Translations under genes and position numbers: made by a program | Notes under the pieces: generated by a model | What the model saw: the letters and a program-made list of their open reading frames with translations, nothing else | Told to the model about the DNA's origin: nothing | Database searches by the model: none | Part shown: positions 16,901 to 24,678 of the stretch, piece after piece | Position numbering within the stretch: the first letter of the stretch is position 1 | Layout: each line of letters opens with the position of its first letter | Assembly: GCF_000018105.1 (NCBI RefSeq) | Contig: NC_009933.1 | Coordinates: forward strand, 60,001 to 92,000 | Direction of reading: 5' to 3' | Length of the DNA: 32,000 bases | Source of the DNA: Acaryochloris marina MBIC11017 | GTDB lineage: Bacteria > Cyanobacteriota > Cyanobacteriia > Thermosynechococcales > Thermosynechococcaceae

Positions 16901-17475
16901 CTCATCAAAACTTTAATATAAGAATTTTCGATTCAGATATAAACTCTAATGATCTTTCCCAACTTCAAACTGCATTAGATGAATTTACTAAAATCTCTGG
17001 GTATGAAGAAGTAACTGTAACACGAGAAGAATTAGGTTCCTTCTTCAAGGATATTCGATATAAAATCGCCCGATTGTTTTATGATGATGTGCAAAGAGAA
17101 GCAATAGAAACAGGACAAGAGCTTTATCGCACAGGTAAAGCGAATATCTTAACTCGATTGGAGTGGAAAGGAGTTGAATCTTCCAAACAACTGGCTGAAG
17201 CAACAGCTGCATTATTGGAAAATGTTGATAAATTCGACAATGTTGTTTTACAAGCTGGGAAAATTATCGTAGTAAAAATTACTGATGAAAATGGGAAATC
17301 AACCCTTTGTTCAAGAACCGTTTCTTCAGAGATTAAATTCCTACTAGAACGAACCCCTCAACTGATAGATAATCCCCAAGCTTTATACGATTTGCTGACT
17401 AAGAACCCAGAACAACTACAACCAAGCATTGAGAATCGGACGACTTTACCAGCTCCCTCCGAACCCCTCAAGTAA
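13987..17475 (+). CDS. NACHT-family STAND NTPase with an N-terminal helical domain, a pentapeptide-repeat array and an extra C-terminal domain
   Basis: Walker [13 protein letters not shown] (GEAGRGKS at nt 14926-14949). Walker [12 protein letters not shown] (about 15143-15172). LLVTGRP (sensor-1-like) and [12 protein letters not shown], all as in NACHT modules. The ~300-aa N-terminal helical region has a hydrophobic stretch, [23 protein letters not shown]. There are 22 pentapeptide units at 16486-16815, then about 215 aa of AT-rich unique sequence. Confidence 0.85.
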   Translation: MKSIKGFWLFLDTAIKDIPWGDVALHGIEAMKALPDASKAWQDNADKIQQLAPFVQKAEPLIKALDIPVTKLVISGLPFISAGINLLKIGIELAKVESTFESSVTIVAQLAYLQSLEIVLVKQDETIKAKLAQLSLKDVVEKQLSKFYRTELTLTEAKTATTQFRESILVEKFGEALTEQLQQVGLDNSQTQRLTDQVIWGSHRYFHLAIVEAGESVEPLAEFYRTGGQQELERYTAIDEYLETQIKPTPLEQVFDESAPRVSFQDIYVQLEVQPLTQEGEVKRGASPICSHEWTKKILEQSANQTRKVMFMEGEAGRGKSVFCRMIADWVYSEFGDAFIPLRIRLRDLRALANNLTETLEDCPDLEQAKFVRGESNWLADKNTRFFLILDGFDEILLEGRTSGGLKEFLQQVTDFQRRSHHQLLVTGRPLALQGIDRLITQNKDLERVRLKPMSDELRELWLIKWQAIFGTNQVNQFRQFLTACPQDITDTLAREPLLLYLLARLNREGHLTQEMFADTQKGFNSETQAKLQIYRESVNWVLKKQRQDENLRLSGLDTLDDLREVLQEAALCVVQSGNETARLEMVKQRFKGSSNPVADLLKQAQETTGQSENKALNNLLTTFYLKPGEKDKRGSVEFAHKSFGEYLFAERLLIAFETWTELDKRKRFRLDERSLNEQIYDVFGHGGLTQEIVAYVMVLLEEGNIDRLQLFTRLSHFYDRWCQNEFLDALPHENIPQKKMIQLLDQDITTGLKQVDVFTGLNAMIFLFRLHASTQPKDYPYLGDDTSQHEIYFYPCGKPEPEGLQADRLLKIIRYADSLVPGIFNETVGPYLSSANLSSANLSFADLSSANLSFADLSFADLTNTDLLSANLNGADLRNANLNNADLRSADLNSANLNGADLRDANLNSANLSSANLSFADLSFANLSFANLSFADLSSSNLSRALVSDLTQIDYEWLSGSNDEYLIVLRTHQNFNIRIFDSDINSNDLSQLQTALDEFTKISGYEEVTVTREELGSFFKDIRYKIARLFYDDVQREAIETGQELYRTGKANILTRLEWKGVESSKQLAEATAALLENVDKFDNVVLQAGKIIVVKITDENGKSTLCSRTVSSEIKFLLERTPQLIDNPQALYDLLTKNPEQLQPSIENRTTLPAPSEPLK
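16486..16815 (+). repeat. 22 in-register 15-nt units encoding the NACHT pentapeptide array
   Basis: agcagcgccaacctc and agcttcgccgacctc type units run from 16486 to 16815 (330 nt) with no indel. Several units are identical, for example 16486-16500, 16501-16515 and 16531-16545. The segment is markedly more GC-rich than the flanking coding sequence. Confidence 0.95.
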
Positions 17476-17484
17476 CTCCCGTGA

Positions 17485-18123
17485 TCACCCCCAGGACATG
17501 GCCACTCGCTCCCGATCCAACCACACCCCGATCATCTCCTCGATCCGCTCCATAGTTTCCCCTGGCCGCAGCTTGATTACCTGCAACACATCGAACGTGT
17601 CCTCCAACTCCAAGGCGCACTCATAGCAAAACTCGGGCGTTTCAAACGGAATTGTGATGAATGGCTTACCAGTAATTTCCACGGTGATCCAGAATTTCCC
17701 TGAATTGCTTATGGAAACGGTCAGATATTCAAGCTGACCCTTCTGCTTGGTCTGCTGAACCAGATTCTTTTGTCTGCGCTCAAGTGCGTGAAACTTAGAC
17801 TCAAATGCTCTGGAGACTCTGGGGGGTCTGACTCTTCCTGGTGTTTCCCGAGCTGTATATCCTCGCTGTGTTCTCCGCACAAAATCGGGTTCTCGGTGAA
17901 TGTGGATAGGGGCTGATTCACGCTTGCGCTCATCTGTACCAACATCTGGAGATGGCTTGCGTCTTACTGGCTGATCATCTTTCCTGGCAATCGTTGGGAA
18001 CGCAGTCTTGTCTGAATATGCAGGGTTTGATTCGATGTTTATTGGGGGTTTCCCAGTCGATGAGATTGTTGGCTTGGGCTTCAGTGAGACAAGTTTGGGG
18101 TTCATACAACTATCCTCTGCCAA
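17485..18123 (-). CDS. Gene X, the only intact copy: low-complexity N-terminus plus a conserved ~95-aa C-terminal domain; function unknown
   Basis: 212-aa ORF (TTG 18123; ATG alternative at 18105). The C-terminal part is FHALERRQKNLVQQTKQKGQLEYLTVSISNSGKFWITVEITGKPFITIPFETPEFCYECALELEDTFDVLQVIKLRPGETMERIEEMIGVWLDRERVAMSWG. That part recurs in decayed form at five other sites. The gene is convergent with the NACHT gene (stops 10 nt apart). Confidence 0.7.
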   Translation of the reverse strand: MAEDSCMNPKLVSLKPKPTISSTGKPPINIESNPAYSDKTAFPTIARKDDQPVRRKPSPDVGTDERKRESAPIHIHREPDFVRRTQRGYTARETPGRVRPPRVSRAFESKFHALERRQKNLVQQTKQKGQLEYLTVSISNSGKFWITVEITGKPFITIPFETPEFCYECALELEDTFDVLQVIKLRPGETMERIEEMIGVWLDRERVAMSWG

Positions 18124-18234
18124 GATAAAATCAGTGTAGCTTCTGGGGATATGCTCTGGTGGATTTCAGGGGAAAGCTTAATTTGGGGGTAGGTGATTTA
18201 CAGTGGGGAAACTAGAGGTAAAGATTATGCTGCG

Positions 18235-19758
18235 ATGACTAACCAAGTGCTAGTTGAATTACTGAAACGCGGTATTGGAGTTTGGAATTCGTGGAGAGAA
18301 GAAAACTTATATGAAAACCTAGACTTTCGAAGAGTTCAACTCAGTGGTTCATATCTCAGTGAAGTTGACTTCAGTCATGCCAATTTTGAAATTGCGTACC
18401 TCAGTAGTGCAAAGCTCAGTTGCGCAAACCTTGAAGGCATCAACCTTAATCGTGCCTACCTTGGTGGTGCCGACCTCTACAGTGCCAACCTTAGAGGAGC
18501 TAATCTCATTCGAGCAAACTTCAATGACGCCCATCTTAAAGAAGCCGACCTGACTAATGCTAATCTCTCTGGTGCCCATCTTAGGGGTGCCAATCTCTTG
18601 AACGCAAACCTAAGCGGTGCCTTACTCAGTCGTGCCAACCTTGAAAACGCTGACCTAAGCTACGCCAACCTCGAAAACGCTGACCTAAGCTACGCCAACC
18701 TCGAAAACGCTGACCTAAGCCACGCCAACCTTAAGAACGCTGACCTAAGCAGTACCCACTTAAAAAGAGTAATTGCCCTGGATACAAGTTTTCTAAAATC
18801 AACATTAACTGGAATCTGCATACAAGACTGGAATATCAACATTAACACGAACTTTGATGATGTTATTTGCGAATACTTTTTTCGTTCATATAATCCTGAC
18901 TTAACCCAACCAAGTAACCGCCATCCACTCAGCAGAAACTTCGATCCCGGTGAATTTGCTATCTTGATTAAAATGTCCTTAGAGACCATAGACTTAATTT
19001 TTGTAGATGGAATTGATTGGCAAGCATTTCTCCAGTCATTTCAAGACTTACGTTCTCAATTTAGTGAACAAGAAATCGCTATACAGGCTATCGAGAAGAA
19101 GGGTACAGCATTTGTCGTTCGCCTGGAGACACGACCTGAAGCTGACAAGAATGCTATTGAAGCTAAAGCAAAGGAGTTATACAGTGGAAAGCTTTTGAGA
19201 ATGGAGCAAAAGTACAAATCTGATTTATTAGCAAAAGAGAGTGAAATAGCTATCTATAAAAAACAAAGCGCAGTTTTACTTGAAATTGTTAAGTTACAGG
19301 CAACAAGACCTATAGCAGTCGAGGCTACAGCCGTGGCAGAGAAAGCAACTAACCAAACTAAAATTAAAGACAGTACTATCGGTGCCATGCACAGCGGAAG
19401 CGGCAACATCACCAACTTTTCTCAGGCTATTGGCAGTAATCTCCATGAAATCACTAAAATAATCAAGAAATTAAAAAAATCGGCAAAAAATATACCTGAA
19501 GAATATCAAGAGGATCTTTCAGAAGATTTTGACGATTTGGTAGATGCTATCAATAACTCTGAAAAGCGAACTGAGAAAAGATTACGAAAACGAATCATGG
19601 CTTTATGGGCTATCGTTTGTGCCATCGCTGTAGGAGTCGCTGGAGCGACTGACTTTAGCAACAATCTTGTCGATTTAGCTCAAAAGTTAAATGTGCCCTT
19701 AACTGTCGAAGTAATAAAACAAAATCCACATGTTCTTCAGGAACCAAATCAACCTTAA
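18235..19758 (+). CDS. Pentapeptide-repeat protein P2 with the conserved post-repeat domain and a C-terminal hydrophobic (TM-like) segment
   Basis: ATG 18235 gives MTNQVLVELLKRGIGVWNSWREEN, which aligns with the paralog N-caps (the track start 18193 is GTG). The shared domain is ICIQDWNIN...VICEYFF...PGEFAILIKMSLETIDLIFVDGIDWQAFLQSFQDLRSQF...IQAIEKKGTAFVVRLE. The tail contains RIMALWAIVCAIAVGVAGATDF. Confidence 0.9.
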   Translation: MTNQVLVELLKRGIGVWNSWREENLYENLDFRRVQLSGSYLSEVDFSHANFEIAYLSSAKLSCANLEGINLNRAYLGGADLYSANLRGANLIRANFNDAHLKEADLTNANLSGAHLRGANLLNANLSGALLSRANLENADLSYANLENADLSYANLENADLSHANLKNADLSSTHLKRVIALDTSFLKSTLTGICIQDWNININTNFDDVICEYFFRSYNPDLTQPSNRHPLSRNFDPGEFAILIKMSLETIDLIFVDGIDWQAFLQSFQDLRSQFSEQEIAIQAIEKKGTAFVVRLETRPEADKNAIEAKAKELYSGKLLRMEQKYKSDLLAKESEIAIYKKQSAVLLEIVKLQATRPIAVEATAVAEKATNQTKIKDSTIGAMHSGSGNITNFSQAIGSNLHEITKIIKKLKKSAKNIPEEYQEDLSEDFDDLVDAINNSEKRTEKRLRKRIMALWAIVCAIAVGVAGATDFSNNLVDLAQKLNVPLTVEVIKQNPHVLQEPNQP

Positions 19759-19837
19759 GTTCAGTACTTGATTTCACTAGCAAGATCCATGAATTTACTG
19801 AAGCTATTGAAAGATACTTCTCTTTACTAGTGCTGAT

Positions 19838-21112
19838 TCAAGCATTACCAGTCAACCAAGCTTTGATTGTCGCTTTGATTACTTTGAGATATCTGTTCTC
19901 CAATACAAATTCCTCTAGGGCCTTTTCTCCACCAGCTTGCATGGCTGAAACAACCCTCTGTTTAAATTCGGGTTTTGTAGCTATATTGACGTACTGAATC
20001 TGATCAGTTTCGCTAGCTGCGGGATTGCTTTGTTCAAGTTGTTGTAAGTATTGCTGTATTTCAGTAGCAACTTCTACTAGCACTTGCTGTTCAGGTGAAG
20101 CATAGTTGTTGACGTTTCCACTACCAGAATGAAGGTTTTCAATCTTTTCAGCGTTTATAGTGGTTTGACTTATAACCTGCTCATTATTCATTTCACCTTC
20201 ATTATGAGCCGCTACATTGCCAACTTGCGCATTGAAGTTTTGAGTGGTTTCCATCGGTTTACCCGCAAGAGTTTTGATAACATCAGACATTTCTCTATAC
20301 ACTCTCAATTCTCCATGAGCTTCACTTAGCTGGAGCTTTGTTTTGTAAAGTTCTTTTTGAACTGACTCTATTGCACCTTTGTTTGCCTCATATGAAGTTT
20401 CCAGACGAACAATAAAAGCATTACCTTTCTTTTCGATGGCTTGTATACCAATTTCCTGACCAACAAACTGGGAGCGGAGTTGTTGAAAAGAATAGAAAAA
20501 GGCTTGCCAGTCAATTCCATCAATAAATATGAGATCTATAGTTTCAAGAGACTTCTGGACTAGAGCAACAAATTCGCCTGGACTGAAATTTCCATTAAGC
20601 GGGCGACGTTCTTGCTGATTTTCTCTAAGATAGATGTAATCACAGACAACATTATCAAAACTTGTATCACCGTTAATTTGCCAGTCTTGAATACAAGCCC
20701 CTGTTAGGTTTGCATACTTGAGATTGCTACTAAGGAAATTGGTTCCGATGAGATTGGTCCTTTTAAGCTTAACTCTGCTGAGATTAGCATGGCCGAGATT
20801 GGCATAACTGAGATTAGCCCCCATAAGAATCGCAGAACTGAGATTGGCATTAACTAGATTTGCACCCCATAGATTAGAAGATGTGAGTTGGGCACAGGTG
20901 AGATCTGCGTTGCTAAAGTTTGCCCCTTTTAGATTAGTTGCACTGAGATTTGTACTAGTGAGTTTGGTGCCACTGAGGTTGACACTCTTTAGATCGGCAC
21001 CACTAAGGTTAGCACCACCTAAGTCAAGCTCCACAGTAGCATTCATTTGCCTCCAAGAATTCCAAACTTTCACATCCCCGATTAATAAATTAAGTAACCC
21101 TTGATCAATCAT
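19838..21112 (-). CDS. Pentapeptide-repeat protein P3 with the conserved post-repeat domain and a distinct tail
   Basis: N-cap MIDQGLLNLLIGDVKVWNSWRQMN, then pentapeptide units. The shared domain is GACIQDWQIN...VVCDYIYL..ERRP..PGEFVALVQKSLETIDLIFIDGIDWQAFFYSFQQLRSQF..IQAIEKKGNAFIVRLE. The tail ends ...RYLKVIKATIKAWLTGNA. Confidence 0.9.
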   Translation of the reverse strand: MIDQGLLNLLIGDVKVWNSWRQMNATVELDLGGANLSGADLKSVNLSGTKLTSTNLSATNLKGANFSNADLTCAQLTSSNLWGANLVNANLSSAILMGANLSYANLGHANLSRVKLKRTNLIGTNFLSSNLKYANLTGACIQDWQINGDTSFDNVVCDYIYLRENQQERRPLNGNFSPGEFVALVQKSLETIDLIFIDGIDWQAFFYSFQQLRSQFVGQEIGIQAIEKKGNAFIVRLETSYEANKGAIESVQKELYKTKLQLSEAHGELRVYREMSDVIKTLAGKPMETTQNFNAQVGNVAAHNEGEMNNEQVISQTTINAEKIENLHSGSGNVNNYASPEQQVLVEVATEIQQYLQQLEQSNPAASETDQIQYVNIATKPEFKQRVVSAMQAGGEKALEEFVLENRYLKVIKATIKAWLTGNA

Positions 21113-21116
21113 CTTA

Positions 21117-21535
21117 TTACCTTAAGAAGTTACTGCTCAGGCTGATGCGCCAGTCTACTTTAGGATTGCTAGCAAAAATAACTCTGAATGCGTTCAGTAA
21201 AGGGATATCTTGCTTTCTCAAGGTTGAAATATAACCGTGAACGCGGCAGAACTGCTGGCCACCCGCCAATGAACGGAAGCAGCCCGATATCTTCTGCTTC
21301 AACTTCATCATGCGGATATCCCGTTCAGCCTGATTGTTATCAAAAGGCACTTGAAAATCATACATAAACGCCAAGACGGCAGCTTGGTGCTTTTGAAGTC
21401 AGTCTAGCAAGTTTTTCGGTGCTCTCTGCTTTGGTTTGCCTCGTTTCTTGGGTGCATTCTCATCGACGGTTGGCATTGGATTCGCCATGATTCCATTGGC
21501 TAACACTTGACGATAACGCTGCTCGTAATAATTCT
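21117..21535 (-). pseudogene. IS66-family transposase remnant (C-terminal part only, with an in-frame stop)
   Basis: Minus-strand translation: [106 protein letters not shown]. This contains the PFDNNxAERxIR...KISGxFRS signature of IS66 TnpC. The in-frame TGA is at 21399-21401. No N-terminal part and no IS ends are present. Confidence 0.75.
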
Positions 21536-21544
21536 GATGACATT

Positions 21545-21739
21545 AGCCCTGAATTTTTTATTGACTCTATTGAAGATCAGCCTGGCTTCTATCAGATAAC
21601 AGCCCAAGGACCAAGACTCGGACCTGGTGAGTCCATCAAAATCGGGCAGTCTGGACAATATCTGGTTTATCAGATGGACAACATCGAATACTACAGTGAG
21701 CCTTCTGTTATGTGTATGGCTGTGTTGCGTAAAGTCTAA
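21545..21739 (+). pseudogene. 5'-truncated paralog of the small gene at 10373-10672
   Basis: 65 in-frame codons: SPEFFIDSIEDQPGFYQITAQGPRLGPGESIKIGQSGQYLVYQMDNIEYYSEPSVMCMAVLRKV*. The region corresponding to the N-terminus is replaced by the IS66 remnant at about 21535-21545. Confidence 0.65.
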
Positions 21740-21787
21740 CTCGTTTTTCTAGAGGGCTTGGGAGTGGAAAAGAATTCCCTGGCTCAT

Positions 21788-22228
21788 TCACCCCCTACAC
21801 TTTGCCACCCGCTCCCGATCCAGGTATTTTCCCACCATCGCCTCAATCCGTTCGATAGTCTCCGGTGGCCGCACCTCGATAACCTGCAAAATCTCAAATG
21901 TGTCCTCTTAGTCCAAAGCGCACTCAAAACAATTCTTAGGGGTTTCAAACGGAATTCTGACGAAGGGGTTACCGCTGCCTTCCACGCCTATCCAAGATTG
22001 CCCAGAAATGCTTAGGGAAACCGTTAGAACCTCAAGCTAACCCTCTAGATTGGTTTGTTGAATGAAGTTCTTTTGCCTGCGTTTAAGGGCATGGAGCCTG
22101 AACGCAAAAGCTCTATAGACTCTGAGGAATGAGATTCTTTCTGATGTGTGCTGAATTAATTGCCCTAGCTTTGTTTGTGTTCTCCAAGTATCCGCGAATA
22201 GTTTCTTTTGTTTAAGCTTATATCTCAC
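21788..22228 (-). pseudogene. Copy D of gene X: full-length and collinear, but with two in-frame nonsense codons
   Basis: The track ORF 22037-22228 (...LHALKRRQKNFIQQTNLEG*) continues in the same frame as LEVLTVSLSISGQSWIGVEGSGNPFVRIPFETPKNCFECALD*EDTFEILQVIEVRPPETIERIEAMVGKYLDRERVAKCRG*. The first stop (TAG, 22037-22039) replaces the Gln of the intact copy. Confidence 0.7.
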
Positions 22229-22802
22229 TGATACCTAGTTGCTTCAACCACTTGACTGGTTTATTTATATATTCTGAAACCGACAACTGCACTTTTACTA
22301 GAGCATTAATATCTTTATCGATCTTGATTAATGTTTTTGTCTCCTCTCGAAGACGCTCGTTAAATTGCGAGTAAACTGCAATAAGCTTAAGTTTATTCAA
22401 AGGATTTGGATCAATTGCCACATTGTACATGTCGTATAATTGTGCTTTAGTACTTTGAATAGCAGTTATATCTGGATAAATTAGCGTAATTTCCTTTAGT
22501 GAATTCTTAGAATTTTTACAATCTCCTAAGCGGTAATGGCACAATGAAAGGCCTAGGTAAGCAACTGCTAGACGAAAATTCTTCTCTAATCCTATTGCTC
22601 GATTGAAGCTTAAGCGTGATTCTCGTAGTAAACTAATTGTCTCTTTTTCCGAAGAGCTTGCTTGATCTAATGAAATCAAGGCAGCGGATAAATCAGCTTT
22701 TGTAAGTCTGTCTAACTTAGCATCCACTGAGTCAATTAATCCAGTTAAAGCAGCTATCGAAGAAGCAACCTTTCCTGCAGAAAATATTAATCCTATATCC
22801 AA
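22218..22802 (-). CDS. Hypothetical protein in an AT-rich insert
   Basis: 194-aa ORF with a TTG start and no early ATG. Its composition is visibly AT-richer than its neighbours. One TPR-like stretch is present (RLAVAYLGLSLCHYRLGDCKNSKNSLKE). Its stop overlaps the GTG start of X copy D by 11 nt. No counterpart exists in the paralogous segment at 10725-10935. Confidence 0.5.
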   Translation of the reverse strand: MDIGLIFSAGKVASSIAALTGLIDSVDAKLDRLTKADLSAALISLDQASSSEKETISLLRESRLSFNRAIGLEKNFRLAVAYLGLSLCHYRLGDCKNSKNSLKEITLIYPDITAIQSTKAQLYDMYNVAIDPNPLNKLKLIAVYSQFNERLREETKTLIKIDKDINALVKVQLSVSEYINKPVKWLKQLGISEI

Positions 22803-22959
22803 TAGTAGTTATCCTCTTTTATTGATTAAAAAAATTTTATTAATTTATCAATATTTCATTTAAACAAAAATATAAATTTAATATTTTCTAGATTTAAAAT
22901 CTAACATCATTCAAATCCCACTATTCAATTTTAAGGAATTGCAGCTCAACTCAAGATTC

Positions 22960-24513
22960 TTAAGCATCTATCCATCCTCTCACCATCTCAATAGGTATTC
23001 CTATCGGCGCAAATAAAACTTTCAGCGTCTCCATTCCTCCTTCCTTCAAAGCGTTCCGTAAACGCTGACGGAAAGTTAGATCTGACTTAATTTTCTGCTC
23101 AACCACAGCCTGAATATCTGTGGGGTTTTCCTCCTGCAACTGAGCCAGTAAATCCTGAATTTCTTTTGCCGATTCAGCCGGGGTTTGTTTTATTTCTGAC
23201 GCATAGTTGTGTTGAGCAGCTTGTTGAATCCCTTCGTTTACTCCAGCTACATTCCCAACTTGAGCATTGAAATTTTGGGTAACTTTATCTCTGTTTGCCA
23301 TAGTCTTGACTATTGAAAGTAACTGAGTGTTTTTTTTGCGTTCAAAAGCTAGAGATTCTTTTACTAAATCTAACGTTAAATCTTGGAGATCCATTTTCTC
23401 TATATATTGCTCTTCAAGAACCTTAAGGTGCTCACCATATAATTCTTTAGCTTTTGTTTCAATTGCACTTTTGTCAGCATCTGGTGATGTTTCCAAGCGA
23501 ATAACAAAGGCTAAGCTTTTCTTTTCGATAGCCTGGATATAAATTTCCTGGTCATTAAACTGGGAGCGGAGTTTCTGGAAAGACTGAGAAAATGCTTCCC
23601 AGTCAAAATTGTCTAAAAAGATCAGATCAATTGTATCCAAGGATTTTTGTATTAGTGCGGCAAACTCACCTGAAACAAATGCCTTATCTGGATCAATAGG
23701 ACGCCTTTCAGTTGGAACTATTTCATTAGTTGCATCATTAAAAATTGACTTTAAAAAAATAAAGTCACATACAACCTCTTCAAAATTAGTCCTATTATTG
23801 ATATTCCAATCTTGAATGCACCCACCGCTTAGGATTGCACGTTGAAAATTTGCACCCAAAGCAACTGTTCTAATCATTTTAGAATTTTTGAGTTCAGCCA
23901 TACTCAAATCTGCATCAATGAAATTCGCATTTAAGAGGACCGCCTCATTGAGATTAGCAGTGCTAAGATTGGCCTTATAAAAATTTGCCTGGGTGAGATT
24001 AGAATTACTGAGGTTTGCACCTATAAGGCTAGCTTTACCAAGATCTGCATTCAGAAGATCTGTATTTTGCAGGTTTGCGTTCTTGAGGTTAGCACCTCGA
24101 AGATCGGCATCTCCGAGATCTAAATTACTGAGGTTTGCCTCTTCAAGATTACCGCCAGATCCAATTAACCACAATTTTTCTACTTGTTTAGGATTAAAGC
24201 CCCTATCCCATGTTGTAAGTTCTGAGTAAAAGGCTTCACTGAGATTTGCTTCTTCAAGTTTAGCGCCACCGAGATTCGCACCACGAAGGTCAGCTCGACA
24301 AAGAATACTTCTATTGAGATTGGCTACGATAAGACTAGCTTTTCTAAGATCGGTGCCGGAAAGATTGGCATCTTCAAGGTTCGCTCGAACAAGGTCAGCC
24401 CCCTTGAGATTCGCACCACTAAGGTCTATTGGTTCATTAGGATTTTCCCATCTCCACTTATTCCAAAGTGAAGTTCCCTGCCTTATTAAATCAACCTGAT
24501 CCTGATTAGCCAT
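22960..24513 (-). CDS. Pentapeptide-repeat protein P4, the duplicate partner of P1
   Basis: N-cap MANQDQVDLIRQGTSLWNKWRWEN, then pentapeptide units. The shared domain is GGCIQDWNIN..VVCDFIFL..ERRP..SGEFAALIQKSLDTIDLIFLDNFDWEAFSQSFQKLRSQF..IQAIEKKSLAFVIRLE. The tail is nearly identical to P1, including an identical 52-nt stretch at 23147-23198 and 11131-11182. Confidence 0.9.
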   Translation of the reverse strand: MANQDQVDLIRQGTSLWNKWRWENPNEPIDLSGANLKGADLVRANLEDANLSGTDLRKASLIVANLNRSILCRADLRGANLGGAKLEEANLSEAFYSELTTWDRGFNPKQVEKLWLIGSGGNLEEANLSNLDLGDADLRGANLKNANLQNTDLLNADLGKASLIGANLSNSNLTQANFYKANLSTANLNEAVLLNANFIDADLSMAELKNSKMIRTVALGANFQRAILSGGCIQDWNINNRTNFEEVVCDFIFLKSIFNDATNEIVPTERRPIDPDKAFVSGEFAALIQKSLDTIDLIFLDNFDWEAFSQSFQKLRSQFNDQEIYIQAIEKKSLAFVIRLETSPDADKSAIETKAKELYGEHLKVLEEQYIEKMDLQDLTLDLVKESLAFERKKNTQLLSIVKTMANRDKVTQNFNAQVGNVAGVNEGIQQAAQHNYASEIKQTPAESAKEIQDLLAQLQEENPTDIQAVVEQKIKSDLTFRQRLRNALKEGGMETLKVLFAPIGIPIEMVRGWIDA

Positions 24514-24678
24514 TATGATTTCTCAAGAAATCCTTTAAGCAGTTTATTGTACTCAAACTTATCACCAATAAATTGTCTGTTCTACTATTACCAAAACATA
24601 GCAGTTCTAACCTCTAGATATATTTTCCAGAGATTTAGTCGAAATCGCTTAATTCGAGGAAAGAAAATCTAGGTCTGA

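Noticed and set aside
10935-24513. Diversity-generating retroelement or retron as the source of pentapeptide variability
   Set aside because: No reverse-transcriptase-like ORF and no template/variable repeat pair with adenine-specific differences was seen. The variation is explained by unit gain and loss and ordinary divergence.
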